Shown here piece by piece: positions 63,256 through 64,000 of a DNA stretch of 64,000 nt. Position 1 is the first letter of the stretch. The number at the start of each line of letters is the position of its first letter. Location: assembly GCF_033153115.1 (NCBI RefSeq), contig NW_026889808.1, forward strand, positions 744,001-808,000, in the 5' to 3' direction. The notes below the pieces were generated by a model. The model made no database searches, was not told the origin of the DNA, and saw nothing but the letters and a program-made list of their open reading frames with translations. The stretch comes from Saccostrea echinata. Its lineage: Eukaryota. Position numbers and translations under genes: made by a program.

Positions 63256-63545
63256 ACCTATTTTGTCCCAGGTGGTCGATAGCTAGGCACTATTGAGTTC
63301 CAATTGTTAGAAGACTTACCTGTAAATTCAAGATGGCCTTCTCAAGTAAGTGTTCAGGGATTTTGAAAATCCTTACTTTCAGATCATGTGATTTATTTAG
63401 GGTATTGATATTCTTGATACTTTTAAAGTTTTAAAGTTTAAAGTTTAATGCATGTCAACAAGACAAAAGCAGGGTTATTGTAAAAACTGTTCTAAATACA
63501 TATTATTTAGAAAATGTTTTGTTTGATTTCAGGAATAAACTTATC

Positions 63546-63615
63546 GAAGGTTACACGTAACCGGGTTAGGGTTAGACGTCAGGGTTAGGGTTAGGGTTAG
63601 AAGGTTACACGTAAC
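63546..63615 (+). repeat. Short interstitial telomeric (TTAGGG) insertion flanked by a 16-bp direct repeat
   Basis: gaaggttacacgtaac|cgggttagggttagacgtcagggttagggttagggtta|gaaggttacacgtaac. Confidence 0.85.
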
Positions 63616-64000
63616 AGATATGACATTAAGAAAACTAGCATTTCTATCCGCAATATTTTTTGAGAAGTTCTGATCGTCAAACAGACTCCTTACAAAATTA
63701 TTAACTGCTGCAAAGGGGAAACTTCAGACGTACTGTGCTACAGCATATTCTTGAAAATCAGATGTTGATCCTCAAAAACTCTAAAGAACTTTAAGAAAAT
63801 TTAAAACCATCATATTTTTCAAAAGTCTATAACATCAAAACTTACGACTTTCTGCACTTTATACAACAATGCCTCAAGATAAATTAAAATCTAGACTTTT
63901 TGGTATCATAGACATCTGCTTCTTCAATAAAAACGGAACTCAGAAACTTGCACATCTTGTGATTGGTCAACAGCAAAATTACTTCGTTAAAAACCACTCT

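Overview
AT-rich, intron-containing animal DNA. The repeat complement (Helentron/HINE-like elements with 146-168 bp internal satellites, tRNA-derived SINEs, an RTE LINE) suggests an oyster or other bivalve (inference). Six spliced genes could be built with consistent exon phases: a TRIM E3 ligase with RING-Bbox1-Bbox2-coiled-coil-filamin-PRY/SPRY (-), GRTP1/TBC1D6 Rab-GAP (+), ATP6AP2 (-), a TNF-superfamily ligand (+), a Shisa-like six-Cys single-pass protein (+) and MPDU1 (+). The window also holds a decayed 5'-truncated RTE LINE, many non-autonomous DNA transposons, probable solo LTRs and three assembly gaps. Main observations: (1) tandem duplications repeatedly sit on splice junctions of the three housekeeping genes, and none were seen in the other three genes; (2) an interstitial TTAGGG insertion flanked by a 16-bp duplication, with a 5-nt interruption that could be telomerase-RNA read-through; (3) an atypical TRIM with filamin plus SPRY, an expanded v1 loop, a long N-terminal extension and a GC-AG intron; (4) two CAGGT-ended elements with 5-bp TSDs; (5) a solo LTR carried at the same site in two Helentron-like copies. 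All coordinates were read by hand and no database searches were run.
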